64,000 nt of DNA from assembly GCA_963456295.1 (NCBI GenBank), contig CAUOLG010000001.1:29758-93757 (forward strand). Reading direction: 5' to 3'. The notes below the pieces were generated by a model. The model saw nothing but the letters and a program-made list of their open reading frames with translations. It was not told where the DNA came from and searched no databases. Source of the stretch: an uncultured Candidatus Saccharibacteria bacterium (GTDB taxonomy: Bacteria; Patescibacteriota; Saccharimonadia; Saccharimonadales; Saccharimonadaceae). How positions within the stretch are numbered: the stretch's first letter is position 1; every line of letters begins with the position of its first letter. Shown in pieces: positions 10,198-20,667 of the stretch. Both the position numbers and the translations under genes were made by a program.

Positions 10198-11685
10198 ATG
10201 ATATATGTACTGATCGCCCTAGTGGCGTTTGCTATTGGTGGCGGAGTGGCTCTGGCTGTCGCTAAGTCTCGTAACGCCAAGGCGGAGACGACTGTTGATC
10301 AGATGATTGCCGATGCTAAGAATAAGGCTAGTGAAATCATCCTTAATGCCAGTCGTTCAGCCAAGAAAGAAGCTGACGATATTCGTCGTGAGGTGAAGAA
10401 GGCTGAAGACAAGGTGGCGGAGCGAGAGCACTCGTTGATCAATAAGATCAGTGAGCTGGACACCAGATCAGAGAAGCTACGCCAGAGTGAGCAGGAGATA
10501 GAGGATTTGAAGGGTGAGATCATCCGGATCAAAGAGCAGGCTCATTCCAAGCTGGAGAAGATCGCCGGACTCACCAAGAAACAGGCGGCCGAGAAACTGA
10601 TGAAAGCGACTGAGAAAGAGACTAAAGGTGACCTGGTCGAGCTGGTCGATAAGCTACAGCGAGATGCTGAAAGCGATGCTGAACAGCGAGCTGAGATGAT
10701 CATCGTGACGGCGATGGAGCGCCTTGCCTCTGATGTAACGGCAGAGCGGACTATCACGGCGATTGAGCTGCCTGATGATGAGATGAAAGGACGTATCATC
10801 GGTAAAGAGGGGCGCAATATCCAGGCGCTACAACGAGCTACCGGGGTGGATATCTTGGTCGACGATACACCGGGCATGGTGGTATTAAGCTCGTTTGACC
10901 CGGTGCGACGCCAGATTGCTCGCCTGTCGCTAGAGATGCTGATGAAAGACGGCCGGATTCACCCGGCTCGGATTGAGGAGGTGGTAGCTAAGGCAGAGCG
11001 CCAGATCGATAAAGAAGTTCAACGAGCCGGCGAGGACGCTGCTCGGGAAGCCGGTGTAGTTGGCATCCCGACAGAGATGGTGCACTTACTGGGCGAGCTG
11101 AAGTTTCGTACCAGCTATGGGCAGAATGTTCTCAAGCATTCTATCGAGATGGCTCAGCTAGCCGGGATGATCGCCGAAGAGATCGGTGCTGATGTACGTA
11201 TCAGTAAGACGGCTGCTTTGCTCCATGATGTGGGTAAGGCGGTAACCCACCGGATAGAGGGTAAGCACCACCATATCGGGGCAGCGCTGGCTCGTAAATA
11301 CGGTATGGACGAGCGGATCGCTCATGCTATAGAGGCGCACCACGACGATATCGAGGCGACCACACCTGAGGCAATCATCGTTCGGGTCTGTGATGCTATG
11401 TCGGGTGCTAGGCCGGGGGCTCGCAATGTCAGCTCAGAGAACTTTGCCGAGCGGATGAAAGATCTGGAGAATATCGCTACATCATTTGATGGTATCGATA
11501 AAGCCTACGCTATTTCAGCCGGGCGGGAGATTAGGGTGATGGTTAGCCCCGAGAAGATTGATGATCTGTCGTCGGTCAAGTTAGCCCGAGATATCGCTAA
11601 TAAGATTGAATCAACCATGCAGTACCCGGGTACGATCAAGGTTAACGTTATCCGAGAGACTAGAGCGATAGAGTACGCTAAATAG
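10198..11685 (+). CDS. rny: Ribonuclease Y
   Basis: N-terminal TM, coiled coil, KH domain (MKGRIIGKEGRNI), HD domain (LLHDVGK), SGARPGAR. Confidence 0.98.
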   Translation: MIYVLIALVAFAIGGGVALAVAKSRNAKAETTVDQMIADAKNKASEIILNASRSAKKEADDIRREVKKAEDKVAEREHSLINKISELDTRSEKLRQSEQEIEDLKGEIIRIKEQAHSKLEKIAGLTKKQAAEKLMKATEKETKGDLVELVDKLQRDAESDAEQRAEMIIVTAMERLASDVTAERTITAIELPDDEMKGRIIGKEGRNIQALQRATGVDILVDDTPGMVVLSSFDPVRRQIARLSLEMLMKDGRIHPARIEEVVAKAERQIDKEVQRAGEDAAREAGVVGIPTEMVHLLGELKFRTSYGQNVLKHSIEMAQLAGMIAEEIGADVRISKTAALLHDVGKAVTHRIEGKHHHIGAALARKYGMDERIAHAIEAHHDDIEATTPEAIIVRVCDAMSGARPGARNVSSENFAERMKDLENIATSFDGIDKAYAISAGREIRVMVSPEKIDDLSSVKLARDIANKIESTMQYPGTIKVNVIRETRAIEYAK

Positions 11686-11697
11686 CGCAGTGATTTC

Positions 11698-11739
11698 CTC
11701 ATTACACATTATTGCAAAAATGCATTTTTGTGTAATGAG
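11698..11739. repeat. 42-bp palindrome with 11-bp perfect arms (CTCATTACACA/TGTGTAATGAG)
   Basis: Read directly, just after the rny stop; may act as terminator or operator. Confidence 0.8.
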
Positions 11740-11873
11740 TGCTATAAGGAGTATTATAGAGCGAAGCTTCACAATACGATTCTGTCTACAGGACGAAGTT
11801 TATGGCTTTGAGAGATATCAGAATACTGGAGTACTATATTAACAAGTAGTTAGAGCAAGAAAGGAAGTTTACT

Positions 11874-12425
11874 ATGGTGCTAAGAACAAACAGGTTAATC
11901 TTGCGTAACTGGAAAGAAAGTGATGCGGATGATCTATATAAATATGCTAGTGACCCTGATATAGGACCGAGTTGTGGATGGCCACCACATCGGGATATTG
12001 CGGAGAGCCTTAACATTATTAAGAATGTGCTAATTGGGAAGGAGTCGTATGCGGTCTGCCTACAGGAAGACGACAAAGCCATTGGGGATATTAAACTGAA
12101 GCTAAAGCATAGTGATATAGTCAAGGGAGATGACGAATGCGAAGTCGGTTGTTGGATTGGCAAGCCTTTTTGGGGTCAAGGCTTAATGTCAGAAGCCTTA
12201 GAGGAAGTGATGCGACATGCCTTTGAAGATATTGGTATGAATAAGATATGGGCTTGTTATTACGAGGGTAATGATAGATCAAAACGCCTTCAGGAGAAAG
12301 CCGGATTCAAGTACCAGTGGAGTAATAAAGAAGTTGATGTTCCGCTGATGCATGAGAAGCGAACTGAGTGCGTGAACGCCATCACCAAAGAGGAGTGGCT
12401 TACTAAGCGGAGCTCTGCAACCTAG
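11874..12425 (+). CDS. GNAT N-acetyltransferase, RimJ/RimL family
   Basis: LRTNRLILRNW, FWGQGLMSEA, N.RS.RLQEKAGF. Confidence 0.9.
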   Translation: MVLRTNRLILRNWKESDADDLYKYASDPDIGPSCGWPPHRDIAESLNIIKNVLIGKESYAVCLQEDDKAIGDIKLKLKHSDIVKGDDECEVGCWIGKPFWGQGLMSEALEEVMRHAFEDIGMNKIWACYYEGNDRSKRLQEKAGFKYQWSNKEVDVPLMHEKRTECVNAITKEEWLTKRSSAT

Positions 12426-12463
12426 AGTGTAGTGGGCTGGTATGAAAAATAATGCTTGCTAAT

Positions 12464-12838
12464 CTAGTTAGGCGGAATTGCTGTTGAGCTGGATGAAGTA
12501 CCGATAGAAGGTGGATGATTAATACAGGCTAAGAAGTAGATCCAGCCATCGGGGCTGATGTATCTAGTGTCGTCGGCTATCATTTGATCGGTTGTACCGG
12601 CGCCGTCTAAGCGAAACCAGCCGGTACTGTCTCGTCCATCAGTCAATCTCATGATAATGTCGTCAGCGGTGTACGGCTCGGCTATTCCGCCGTCGAATAA
12701 CACAGCCTCGGTGGGATGCTTAGAGCCATTATTTATTCTAAGCAGGGTGAAATTAAGTTGATCATAAGAAAACGAATTGAGTTTGACGACGTTAATCGTG
12801 CCGGGGAGATACTTCTTAATGACGTCAAGATATTCCAC
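12464..12838 (-). CDS. Hypothetical protein
   Basis: 124-aa ORF with TATAAT 6 nt upstream of the GTG start; no recognised motif. Confidence 0.55.
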   Translation of the reverse strand: MEYLDVIKKYLPGTINVVKLNSFSYDQLNFTLLRINNGSKHPTEAVLFDGGIAEPYTADDIIMRLTDGRDSTGWFRLDGAGTTDQMIADDTRYISPDGWIYFLACINHPPSIGTSSSSTAIPPN

Positions 12839-12867
12839 TCTATAATTATATGGCTAGCACCCTGCAT

Positions 12868-12895
12868 TTGCCATATTACAGATATCTGATATACT
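12868..12895 (+). promoter_or_regulatory. Sigma70-type promoter of the tRNA pair
   Basis: TTGCCA-16 nt-TATACT with extended TG. Confidence 0.6.
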
Positions 12896-12912
12896 ACTTA
12901 ACGTATTTGTCC

Positions 12913-12989
12913 GGCACCGTAGCTCAGCTGGTCAGAGCGTGGGACTCATAAGCCCGAGGTCACTGGTTCGAGCCCAGTCGGTGCTACCA
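12913..12989 (+). tRNA. tRNA-Met(CAT), elongator type
   Basis: Cloverleaf GGCACCG...CGGTGCT-A-CCA, anticodon loop CTCATAA, GGTTCGAG T-loop. Confidence 0.9.
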
Positions 12990-13008
12990 AGTGGACTATA
13001 CAATTGAT

Positions 13009-13086
13009 CGCGGGGTGGAGCAGTCTGGTCAGCTCGCTTGGCTCATAACCAAGAGGTCGTTGGTTCAAATCCAACCCCCGCCACCA
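13009..13086 (+). tRNA. tRNA-fMet(CAT), initiator type
   Basis: CGCGGGG acceptor with unpaired C1:C72, TGGAGCAG D-arm, CTCATAA loop, CCA end. Confidence 0.9.
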
Positions 13087-13097
13087 AGGAATAATTT

Positions 13098-13120
13098 AGC
13101 CCTCCTAGTGGAGGGCTTTT
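13098..13120 (+). terminator. Intrinsic terminator after the tRNA pair
   Basis: AGCCCTC-ctagtg-GAGGGCT followed by a T tract. Confidence 0.75.
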
Positions 13121-13147
13121 ATCTTATCTTACCTATCGTCTGTGATA

Positions 13148-13285
13148 TCAATCTACCAGCTCGACGGTGGCGAGCTGAGCTAACTTCTTCTGAATAAAGC
13201 TGGTTAGCTCGGCGCTACTGCGCTGTCGATTCCAGCTATAGCTCCCTGTTTGATTGGGAATGTTTGGTTGATTCATTTTCTTCAT
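13148..13285 (-). CDS. Small 45-aa hypothetical protein (MKKMNQPNIPNQTGSYSWNRQRSSAELTSFIQKKLAQLATVELVD)
   Basis: ATG preceded by AAAAGGA SD-like sequence; below the ORF-track cutoff. Confidence 0.4.
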   Translation of the reverse strand: MKKMNQPNIPNQTGSYSWNRQRSSAELTSFIQKKLAQLATVELVD

Positions 13286-13405
13286 CGGATGTCCTTTTAT
13301 TAGATTGTTTATTTGTTGCAACTGCTAAGATAATAGCAAACATGAGCTATATTGTCAAGTACTAGACCATGTAGTATCGATAATGCAATATAGTAAAATA
13401 CAGCT

Positions 13406-14335
13406 ATGACTAAGTATCTCCTGGCTGTGTCGGGTGGAGTAGACTCAATGGTGCTACTGGACATGGTGGCGACAGACTACCATGGCTTCCGGGAGAAATA
13501 TCTTAGCGGAGCGCAATTTCCGGCGGACTTCATAGTGGCACATTATGATCATGGTATCAGGGGAAAGGTATCTGCTGAGGATGCCGAGTTTGTTCGGCAG
13601 CAGTGCCGTAACTACGGGGTGACAGTACGGTGTGGTTGCGGTAAGTTGGCTGCTGCTACCGGTGAGGCAGTAGCTCGTCAGTATCGTTATGATTTCTTCC
13701 GGCGGGTGGCGGAGGCGATAGTGAGAGATGATGAGCCGGTCTACTTGGTGACGGCGCATCATCGGGATGATTTACTCGAGACCATCGCTCTTAACATAGT
13801 GCGAGGGACGGGCTGGCGAGGACTAGCACCGATGAATCAGCCGCAAGTACTCCGACCACTCCTCAACATAACTAAAGCAGAGTTAGTTAGCTATGCCATA
13901 GAGCATGGTCTTACCTGGCGAGAAGATCAGACTAATGACAGCCCGAGATATCTACGCAATCGTCTCCGGGCTTTGCTGGCTAGCCGGTCACCGGACGACA
14001 AAGCGGAGCTAACCCGGCTATATGAGAGGCAGAAGCATTTGCGCCGGCAGATTGAGCAAGAGTTAGAGCATTACTGTACTCGGCATATTACTAGAGATAA
14101 GCAAGGTCAGCTAGTGCTGCGCCGTTATGATCTGATCATGCTGCCCAGCCGAGTGGCGATAGAGCTACTTCGCTATGTAACTGACGGATACCTGACTTCA
14201 CCTCAGCTATGGCAACTCTTACTCTTCGCTAAGGTTGGCAAGCCCGGTAAACAAATGCGCTGGAAGCGAGTTGGAGTGCGGCTGGATACCAAGCTACTCT
14301 ACTGTCGGCTAAGTGATTTGGCAATATATAAATGA
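13406..14335 (+). CDS. tilS: tRNA(Ile)-lysidine synthetase
   Basis: AVSGGVDS PP-loop, AHYDHGIR, TAHHRDD.LET, RPLL, EDQTN, RNRLR. Confidence 0.95.
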   Translation: MTKYLLAVSGGVDSMVLLDMVATDYHGFREKYLSGAQFPADFIVAHYDHGIRGKVSAEDAEFVRQQCRNYGVTVRCGCGKLAAATGEAVARQYRYDFFRRVAEAIVRDDEPVYLVTAHHRDDLLETIALNIVRGTGWRGLAPMNQPQVLRPLLNITKAELVSYAIEHGLTWREDQTNDSPRYLRNRLRALLASRSPDDKAELTRLYERQKHLRRQIEQELEHYCTRHITRDKQGQLVLRRYDLIMLPSRVAIELLRYVTDGYLTSPQLWQLLLFAKVGKPGKQMRWKRVGVRLDTKLLYCRLSDLAIYK

Positions 14336-14376
14336 TGAGTTATCCTGATAATAAGCATAAGGGATGGGAATGAAAA

Positions 14377-15072
14377 ATGATGGACACGTCGGTTGGTGAA
14401 AAGGTAGCTTTAATTACTACCGAGTCACTGACTAAGCGTTACCGAGTGGGTGGCCATGATTTACTAGCGACGGACAATGTCTCAATCACCATAAATCAGG
14501 GTGAATTCGTGGCAATAATAGGCGAAAGCGGTAGCGGCAAAAGCACACTGTTGCAGTTGCTAGGCGGGCTAGACAAACCAACTAGTGGCTCGGTAACCAT
14601 TGGCGGAGTGGATATTACTAATCTGAGCGATGGCAAGCTGTCCAAGTTTCGTAACCAGACGATCGGTTTTGTCTTTCAGTCTTTTTACCTCCAGCCGTTC
14701 TTGACCTTGCGACGTAATATTGAAGTAGCAGCTATGCCCAGCCGGATGAAGCGAGCTGCCAGGCGAGCCAGGACGGATGAGCTAGCTGAACAAGTCGGGC
14801 TAACTGACCGACTAGGCTATTATCCTCGCCAGCTATCAGGTGGTCAGATCCAGCGAGTGGCCATCGCTCGGGCACTCTTTAATAAGCCGCCAATTCTACT
14901 GGCTGACGAGCCGACCGGCAATCTCGACTCGCAGAATAGTCAGAGTATCATTACACTCTTTCGGGACGTCTGTCGTACTTTGGGCACGACTGTGGTAGTA
15001 GTGACTCATAGCCGGGAGATAGCGACGATGGCGGACAGGGTAGTTATGGTTAAGGACGGGGCTGTCGTATGA
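14377..15072 (+). CDS. ABC transporter ATP-binding protein, LolD/MacB family
   Basis: GESGSGKST, IGFVFQ, LSGGQ, LLADEPTGNLD. Confidence 0.95.
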   Translation: MMDTSVGEKVALITTESLTKRYRVGGHDLLATDNVSITINQGEFVAIIGESGSGKSTLLQLLGGLDKPTSGSVTIGGVDITNLSDGKLSKFRNQTIGFVFQSFYLQPFLTLRRNIEVAAMPSRMKRAARRARTDELAEQVGLTDRLGYYPRQLSGGQIQRVAIARALFNKPPILLADEPTGNLDSQNSQSIITLFRDVCRTLGTTVVVVTHSREIATMADRVVMVKDGAVV

Positions 15073-17027
15073 TCAAGTTAAGCGATGTTGCCCTACTCTC
15101 CCTAACCAAGCTTCATACTCGGAAGATTAGGACGGTCATCACGATACTACTAACCAGTATGCTCTTCGGCGTCTTAGTGGTTGTGTCACTAGTTACAACG
15201 GGGATGTTTCGCAGTGTCGACAGCTTTCGAAACGGCGGTCTAACAAGTCGCTATATTGTTCAAGTTGATGGTGCGTCAACACGCTCGGACATATTTATTC
15301 AAGCAACACGTGACCCGGTCTTAGTGGCTGAAGCTAAAAAGCGATTCCAAAAAATTGTGCAGGAGAAGTCAGCTTTAGCAAAGCAACTGGGGCTATCGTA
15401 TACATCAGATATTGAACTACCACCTTATCAACGACAGGAAGATGGCACAGAGAGTCTAAGTACCACAGACTCTAATGGCATAGCGGAGCAAATACTAAAG
15501 GAGAAATTTGCCACACAGGTGGCTTTTGACGAGACAAAGCTCCAAGAGATCGCTAGAAGGTATGGTGCTAAAGAGATATTCCGTAGTCAAGGTCATATGG
15601 TTAAGCCGGGTTCGTCGTTGATTACCCTAAAGGATGGCAAAGAGACTTTCTATGATAAAAATAATGATGCTGAACGACAAGCTAATTACGACGTACAGAT
15701 CATAGATAGTGGCTATTTGACTGTTGCACCAGATGAGATAACTAAGACGTTTATGTTTCCGGGAAATGCCGGCTGGCAACCGGATGGTCAAAGTCTGCCG
15801 ATTATCCTATCTCAGGATAAAGTCGAGTATCTGCTTGGCATGAGTCGCTTGCCAAGATCTGCCTCGACTGCCCAGAAACTACAGAGGATTAAAGATATCC
15901 GTAGCAAAGCGAGCAATCTAACCTTCCAGATGTGTTATCGTAATGATGTATCGCAGGCGCAGATCCAGCAGGCTATCCTGCAACGACGAGAGATTAGCGT
16001 TAATAAAGGCAAGAAAGACTATCAGCTACCTAGCCTGGTCTATGCTCTACCTGATGCAACCAAGTGTCAAAATGCAGTCATCGTTAGAGATGTTCGGACA
16101 AATGAAGAAAAGAAGCAAGAGGCCAACCGGAAGATCTTTGATGCTAAGTTTGGCAAGAGCGTTGCTCCAGTTAGCTATCTTGTCACCTTTAAGGTAGTGG
16201 GCGTATCTCCAGCCACGGGAAATAATACGAATCCGGAGCAAGAGAAGCAGAAGGAACGGTCGCTTAATGTTGCTGACATGGTGGACAAAGTGCTGAAGGT
16301 AGATGGTGTTGGCCAGACTATCCCACTATCTCTATATAATCAGCTACCAAATCGAGTCAACTATAACGATATCCTGAACTATGCTCCGTCAAATATCTTA
16401 GTAGGCATTGCTGACCATATAAACCGCTATGTCGAGTTCACTACAGCTGGAGATGCCCAGAAATTTATCGACGAGCAGAGCTGTAGGACGCAGTATGACG
16501 GCACTTGCAAGCCGAGCGGGAGACTATATATGGCGGATCTCGTCTTTAGTAATAGTTCGGCGATCGACGATATTCAGAAGCAAGCTCGGATATGGCTACA
16601 TTACGCTATGTTGGCGGTGGTCGTACTAGCAGTCGCCATCATGTGGATCACAGTCGGTCGGACGATAGTTGATGGTCGGCATGAGACAGCGGTTTTTCGG
16701 GCGATCGGCTTTAAGCGGATAGATATCGCTAGCGTCTATATCATTTACACCATTCTCTTATCATTGCTTGTTACCACCTGTGCTTTCGGGTTGGGTATTA
16801 TCGGGGCGCATCTGTTGGACGGACAGCTGTCGCCCGGTTTAACTGCCCAGGCGCAATATGGCTTTAATGAGCTGAGCTCGGCCAAACGGATCGGTCTGGT
16901 CGGTTATGACTGGCATCAGTTAGGGTTGATCGCTATCATCTGTCTGGCTACCGGTCTGCTCAGTGTGGTCTTACCGCTGATCCGTAATGTCCGCCGTAGC
17001 CCGATCCGTGATATGCGAGAAGAGTAG
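15069..17027 (+). CDS. FtsX/MacB-like ABC permease with large extracellular domain
   Basis: N-terminal TM, large loop, three C-terminal TMs, ETAVFRAIGF motif; ATGA-coupled to the ATPase gene. Confidence 0.85.
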   Translation: MIKLSDVALLSLTKLHTRKIRTVITILLTSMLFGVLVVVSLVTTGMFRSVDSFRNGGLTSRYIVQVDGASTRSDIFIQATRDPVLVAEAKKRFQKIVQEKSALAKQLGLSYTSDIELPPYQRQEDGTESLSTTDSNGIAEQILKEKFATQVAFDETKLQEIARRYGAKEIFRSQGHMVKPGSSLITLKDGKETFYDKNNDAERQANYDVQIIDSGYLTVAPDEITKTFMFPGNAGWQPDGQSLPIILSQDKVEYLLGMSRLPRSASTAQKLQRIKDIRSKASNLTFQMCYRNDVSQAQIQQAILQRREISVNKGKKDYQLPSLVYALPDATKCQNAVIVRDVRTNEEKKQEANRKIFDAKFGKSVAPVSYLVTFKVVGVSPATGNNTNPEQEKQKERSLNVADMVDKVLKVDGVGQTIPLSLYNQLPNRVNYNDILNYAPSNILVGIADHINRYVEFTTAGDAQKFIDEQSCRTQYDGTCKPSGRLYMADLVFSNSSAIDDIQKQARIWLHYAMLAVVVLAVAIMWITVGRTIVDGRHETAVFRAIGFKRIDIASVYIIYTILLSLLVTTCAFGLGIIGAHLLDGQLSPGLTAQAQYGFNELSSAKRIGLVGYDWHQLGLIAIICLATGLLSVVLPLIRNVRRSPIRDMREE

Positions 17028-17057
17028 CCTGTCTCGTAATATGCTAGAATATACAGC

Positions 17058-18956
17058 ATGAAACCGGATAACAATACTCCGCCGAGGCGCCCTGCCTCGT
17101 CGAATCGCAACAAGTCGGGTCATAGCCCGAAGAACTTGGTTTTCTACGCTGTTTTGATTATCTTTGCTGTGGCAATCTTTGGTCTGATCAAGCGAGAGGG
17201 GCAGTCAGCTGAGATATCTTTCTCCGAGTTGGTGAATCAAGTCAATCAGGGTAAGGTCGCTAAGATCGTCGAATCAGGGTCGAATCTGTCGGTCTACATG
17301 AAGAATAGTCAGGGTCAGGCAGAACAGTCACCCTCTAAGGTGTCTCGGATTCCTTCAGGGGCAAGCGCATCTGAGCAGGGATTAAAGCTCAGTAAGACCA
17401 AGTATGTGGTCGTTCCGCCGGATAACACTAGTGACATTATCTGGAATATTGCTTCGATAGTCGTGCCTGTCCTGCTGATGCTCCTGCTGTTTGCCTGGAT
17501 GATGCGTCAGGCCGGGGCGCAGAATAATCAGTCGCTTAGCTTTGGTAAAAGTAAGGCGAAGCTCTACGGTATGGACCGCACCAAGACCAAGTTTTCCGAG
17601 ATTGCCGGTAATGACAATGCTAAGCAAGACTTAGCCGAGGTGGTCGATTTCTTGCGTCACCCCAGGAAGTTCCTCGGTCTCGGCGCCAAGATCCCTAAAG
17701 GAGTCTTATTGGTTGGTCCACCGGGGACGGGTAAGACGATGATGGCTCGAGCGGTGGCCGGCGAAGCAGGCGTACCCTTCTTTAGCATCTCCGGCTCAGA
17801 GTTTGTCGAGATGTTCGTCGGTGTCGGGGCAAGTCGAGTGCGTGATCTCTTCGACAAGGCGAAGAAGAATGCACCGTGTATCATCTTTATCGACGAGATT
17901 GATGCTGTAGGTCGTCGTCGTGGTAGCGGTATGGGCGGTGGTCATGATGAGCGGGAGCAGACCCTGAACCAAATCTTGGTGGAGATGGACGGCTTTGAGA
18001 AAGATCAAAATGTCATCGTCCTAGCGGCAACTAACCGAGCTGACGTATTGGACCCGGCTTTACTGCGCCCGGGTCGGTTTGACCGACGGGTAAATATCAC
18101 CTTGCCGGAGCGTCAGGACCGCTTAGCTATCCTGAAAGTACATTTCAGAGAGAAGCCGACTAACGCTGATGTCGACTTAAACGCCTTAGCAGCTAAGACG
18201 GCCGGTATGTCGGGAGCAGACCTAGCTAATATTGCTAACGAAGCAGCTATTCGGGCAGCTCGCTTGGATAAGAAAGAGATAGATAATTCTGATGTCACTG
18301 AGGCACTGGAGAAAGTAGCGATCGGTCCGGAGAGGCGCAGTAATATCATGCGTGAGAAGGACAAGATTATGACAGCTTATCATGAAGGTGGGCATGCTCT
18401 AGTAGCGCAAGTGCTACCGGACAGCGATAATGTCCATAAGGTGACTATTATTCCTAGGGGTGCTACCGGCGGCGTCACTTGGACGATTCCTGAGCATGAT
18501 CGACCCTACACCAGCATGTCAGAGTATAAAGACGAGTTGGCACGGGCGATGGGTGGTCGGATCGCCGAGGAGGTTATCTACGGTCGAGACCATGTCACGA
18601 GTGGTGCCAGCTCAGACTTGCGCCATGCTACGGCGATTGCCCGAGATATGGTGATCGAACAGGGTATGGGTAAGCGACTGAGCGACCAATCTTTCCACGA
18701 AGATGAGGGCGGGCTCATGATGGATCGGATTACCAGGGAGAAGCCCTACTCGGATAAAACCGCCGAGGAGATTGATCAAGAGATTCGTGATCTGATAGAG
18801 GAGGCGACCAGACGAGCCCGGGATATCATCAAGACGAATCGAGCTCTGCTGGAGAAGCTCAAAGATGCCCTCCTGGAGCGTGAGACACTTGATGCTGATG
18901 AAGTAGCGGCAATCTTAGACGGTATGGTCTTACCGGAAACGGCGAAACTATACTAA
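17058..18956 (+). CDS. ftsH: ATP-dependent zinc metalloprotease FtsH
   Basis: Two TMs, [29 protein letters not shown]. Confidence 0.98.
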   Translation: MKPDNNTPPRRPASSNRNKSGHSPKNLVFYAVLIIFAVAIFGLIKREGQSAEISFSELVNQVNQGKVAKIVESGSNLSVYMKNSQGQAEQSPSKVSRIPSGASASEQGLKLSKTKYVVVPPDNTSDIIWNIASIVVPVLLMLLLFAWMMRQAGAQNNQSLSFGKSKAKLYGMDRTKTKFSEIAGNDNAKQDLAEVVDFLRHPRKFLGLGAKIPKGVLLVGPPGTGKTMMARAVAGEAGVPFFSISGSEFVEMFVGVGASRVRDLFDKAKKNAPCIIFIDEIDAVGRRRGSGMGGGHDEREQTLNQILVEMDGFEKDQNVIVLAATNRADVLDPALLRPGRFDRRVNITLPERQDRLAILKVHFREKPTNADVDLNALAAKTAGMSGADLANIANEAAIRAARLDKKEIDNSDVTEALEKVAIGPERRSNIMREKDKIMTAYHEGGHALVAQVLPDSDNVHKVTIIPRGATGGVTWTIPEHDRPYTSMSEYKDELARAMGGRIAEEVIYGRDHVTSGASSDLRHATAIARDMVIEQGMGKRLSDQSFHEDEGGLMMDRITREKPYSDKTAEEIDQEIRDLIEEATRRARDIIKTNRALLEKLKDALLERETLDADEVAAILDGMVLPETAKLY

Positions 18957-18966
18957 GAGGGGCGAC

Positions 18967-20667
18967 ATGTTATTTCTGAGCGGAGATAAGCTGGTCGCCG
19001 ATCGTAATAAAATCCAGCGTCAACGCCGACGTAATCGGGCACTGGTGGCTATCGCTCGAGCTAATCAGAAGATGAGTGTCCGCCTGGCGGCAGTCATCTT
19101 GTCCAGCTCGACTTTGGTCTCAGCTTTACTAGGGATCTATCGAGATCGTTTGCTTAATTCAATGTATCTTGATACCTACAAGGTGGGGATAGATGCCTAT
19201 ACGGTAGCCTTTACCATTCCCGACTTCATGTACCTACTCTTAGTCAGTGGGGCGTTGGCAGTGACCTTTATCCCGGTCTTCAACTCTCGTCTGGCTAAGA
19301 ATAATCGGGAGAGTGCTTGGCAGATGAGTACCAGCCTGATCAACTTCTTAGCGTTGGTCACTATGGTGACTTCGGTGCTGATTATGATCTTCGCTCCGAT
19401 TTTAGTTAAATATGTCGTCGGACCGGGACTGTCGGAGTCGGGTCAAGAGCTGGCTATCAGTATGATGCGGGTGATCGCCATTAACCCCTTTCTGTTTGCT
19501 GTGGCGACGGTCATTTCTTCGGTGCAGCAGGCGGTCGGGCGGTTCGTCTTTAACGCCCTGGCTCCAACTATGTATAACTTAGGCATTATTATCGGGGCGA
19601 TCTGGTTTACCGGTGGGATCAATCTATTTGGTCATCAGATCTTTAGTGGTGGGATCATGGGTGTGGCGCTTGGGGTGGTGCTGGGGGCGGTACTTCAGCT
19701 AATCGTATCCAGTCTGGGGTTGCTTGGGCTAGGCTTTGACTATCGGTTTAAGATTTACTGGCGCAATCGGGGCTTTCGCAAGATCCTGACCTTGTTGCCG
19801 GCCCGCTCAGCTGATCAGGGGCTTGACTACGTCAGCTCGATCATTGACACTAATCTGGCTAGCCGAATGGCGGACGGGACGATCCGGGCTTATCAGCAGG
19901 CAAGCACACTATATAATATGCCGATTAATTTGGTGGGGGTGGCGATTGCTACGGCTGCTTTTCCTCAGCTAACTGAGCGAATCGGCGAGGGACGTCGAGA
20001 TTTATTTGCCAAGGAGCTTCGTTCGGCGATGCGGATGATCATCTGGTTTAGTCTGCCGATTGCCATGCTGATGTTCTTCTGCCGGGGCTATATTGTCTCT
20101 ATCATTGACCGGGGTGGCAACGGAACTATCGCTATGCTCTTAGGCATTTTTTGTTTAGCTATCTTCCTCAGATCAGTCTTTCACATCATGTCTCGGAGCT
20201 TCTATGCTTTCCAAGATACTAAGACACCCTTATTAGTATCACTGGTGACCTTGGCTGTCTCGGTCGGGCTGGAGATTTGGCTGGTCTTCGGCTGGCACAT
20301 GGGGGCGGGAGGTATCGCTTGGGCGCAAGTAATCTGGGCGCTTTTGGAGCTGACCAGCCTAACGGTACTAATCTTGCGTCGGGTGCCGAACTTATTTGAT
20401 AGTCAATTCTGGCACAAGATCAGTCGGATGTTGATTGCCTGTGGCGTGATGTCGGTCGTTACTTACTTGATGGTACAGCGGATCAACCTGAAGTTTGAGA
20501 ATCAGAATATGATCATGGTATTGATCCCGCTAGCTGTCATCGGGACGGTCAGCATCCTGGTTTACCTCGGTGCATCTCGACTGCTGAGGATTGAAGAGGC
20601 GGAACCGATCATTGCTAAGCTAGGTCGGATAGTGAGCGGGCGTTTTATGCTGGGTAAAGATAAATGA
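18967..20667 (+). CDS. murJ: Lipid II flippase MurJ/MviN
   Basis: LLGIYRD, DAYTVAFTIPD, GAL..TFIPVF, SFYAFQDTKTP, many TMs. Confidence 0.92.
   Translation: MLFLSGDKLVADRNKIQRQRRRNRALVAIARANQKMSVRLAAVILSSSTLVSALLGIYRDRLLNSMYLDTYKVGIDAYTVAFTIPDFMYLLLVSGALAVTFIPVFNSRLAKNNRESAWQMSTSLINFLALVTMVTSVLIMIFAPILVKYVVGPGLSESGQELAISMMRVIAINPFLFAVATVISSVQQAVGRFVFNALAPTMYNLGIIIGAIWFTGGINLFGHQIFSGGIMGVALGVVLGAVLQLIVSSLGLLGLGFDYRFKIYWRNRGFRKILTLLPARSADQGLDYVSSIIDTNLASRMADGTIRAYQQASTLYNMPINLVGVAIATAAFPQLTERIGEGRRDLFAKELRSAMRMIIWFSLPIAMLMFFCRGYIVSIIDRGGNGTIAMLLGIFCLAIFLRSVFHIMSRSFYAFQDTKTPLLVSLVTLAVSVGLEIWLVFGWHMGAGGIAWAQVIWALLELTSLTVLILRRVPNLFDSQFWHKISRMLIACGVMSVVTYLMVQRINLKFENQNMIMVLIPLAVIGTVSILVYLGASRLLRIEEAEPIIAKLGRIVSGRFMLGKDK

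Noticed and set aside
12913..12989. tRNA-Ile2(CAT), suggested by proximity to tilS
   Set aside because: Acceptor stem GGCACCG/CGGTGCT lacks the C4-G69 pair typical of TilS substrates and resembles elongator tRNA-Met; not fully excluded
12991..13197. 68-aa ORF in the ORF track
   Set aside because: Overlaps the initiator tRNA and its terminator; spurious
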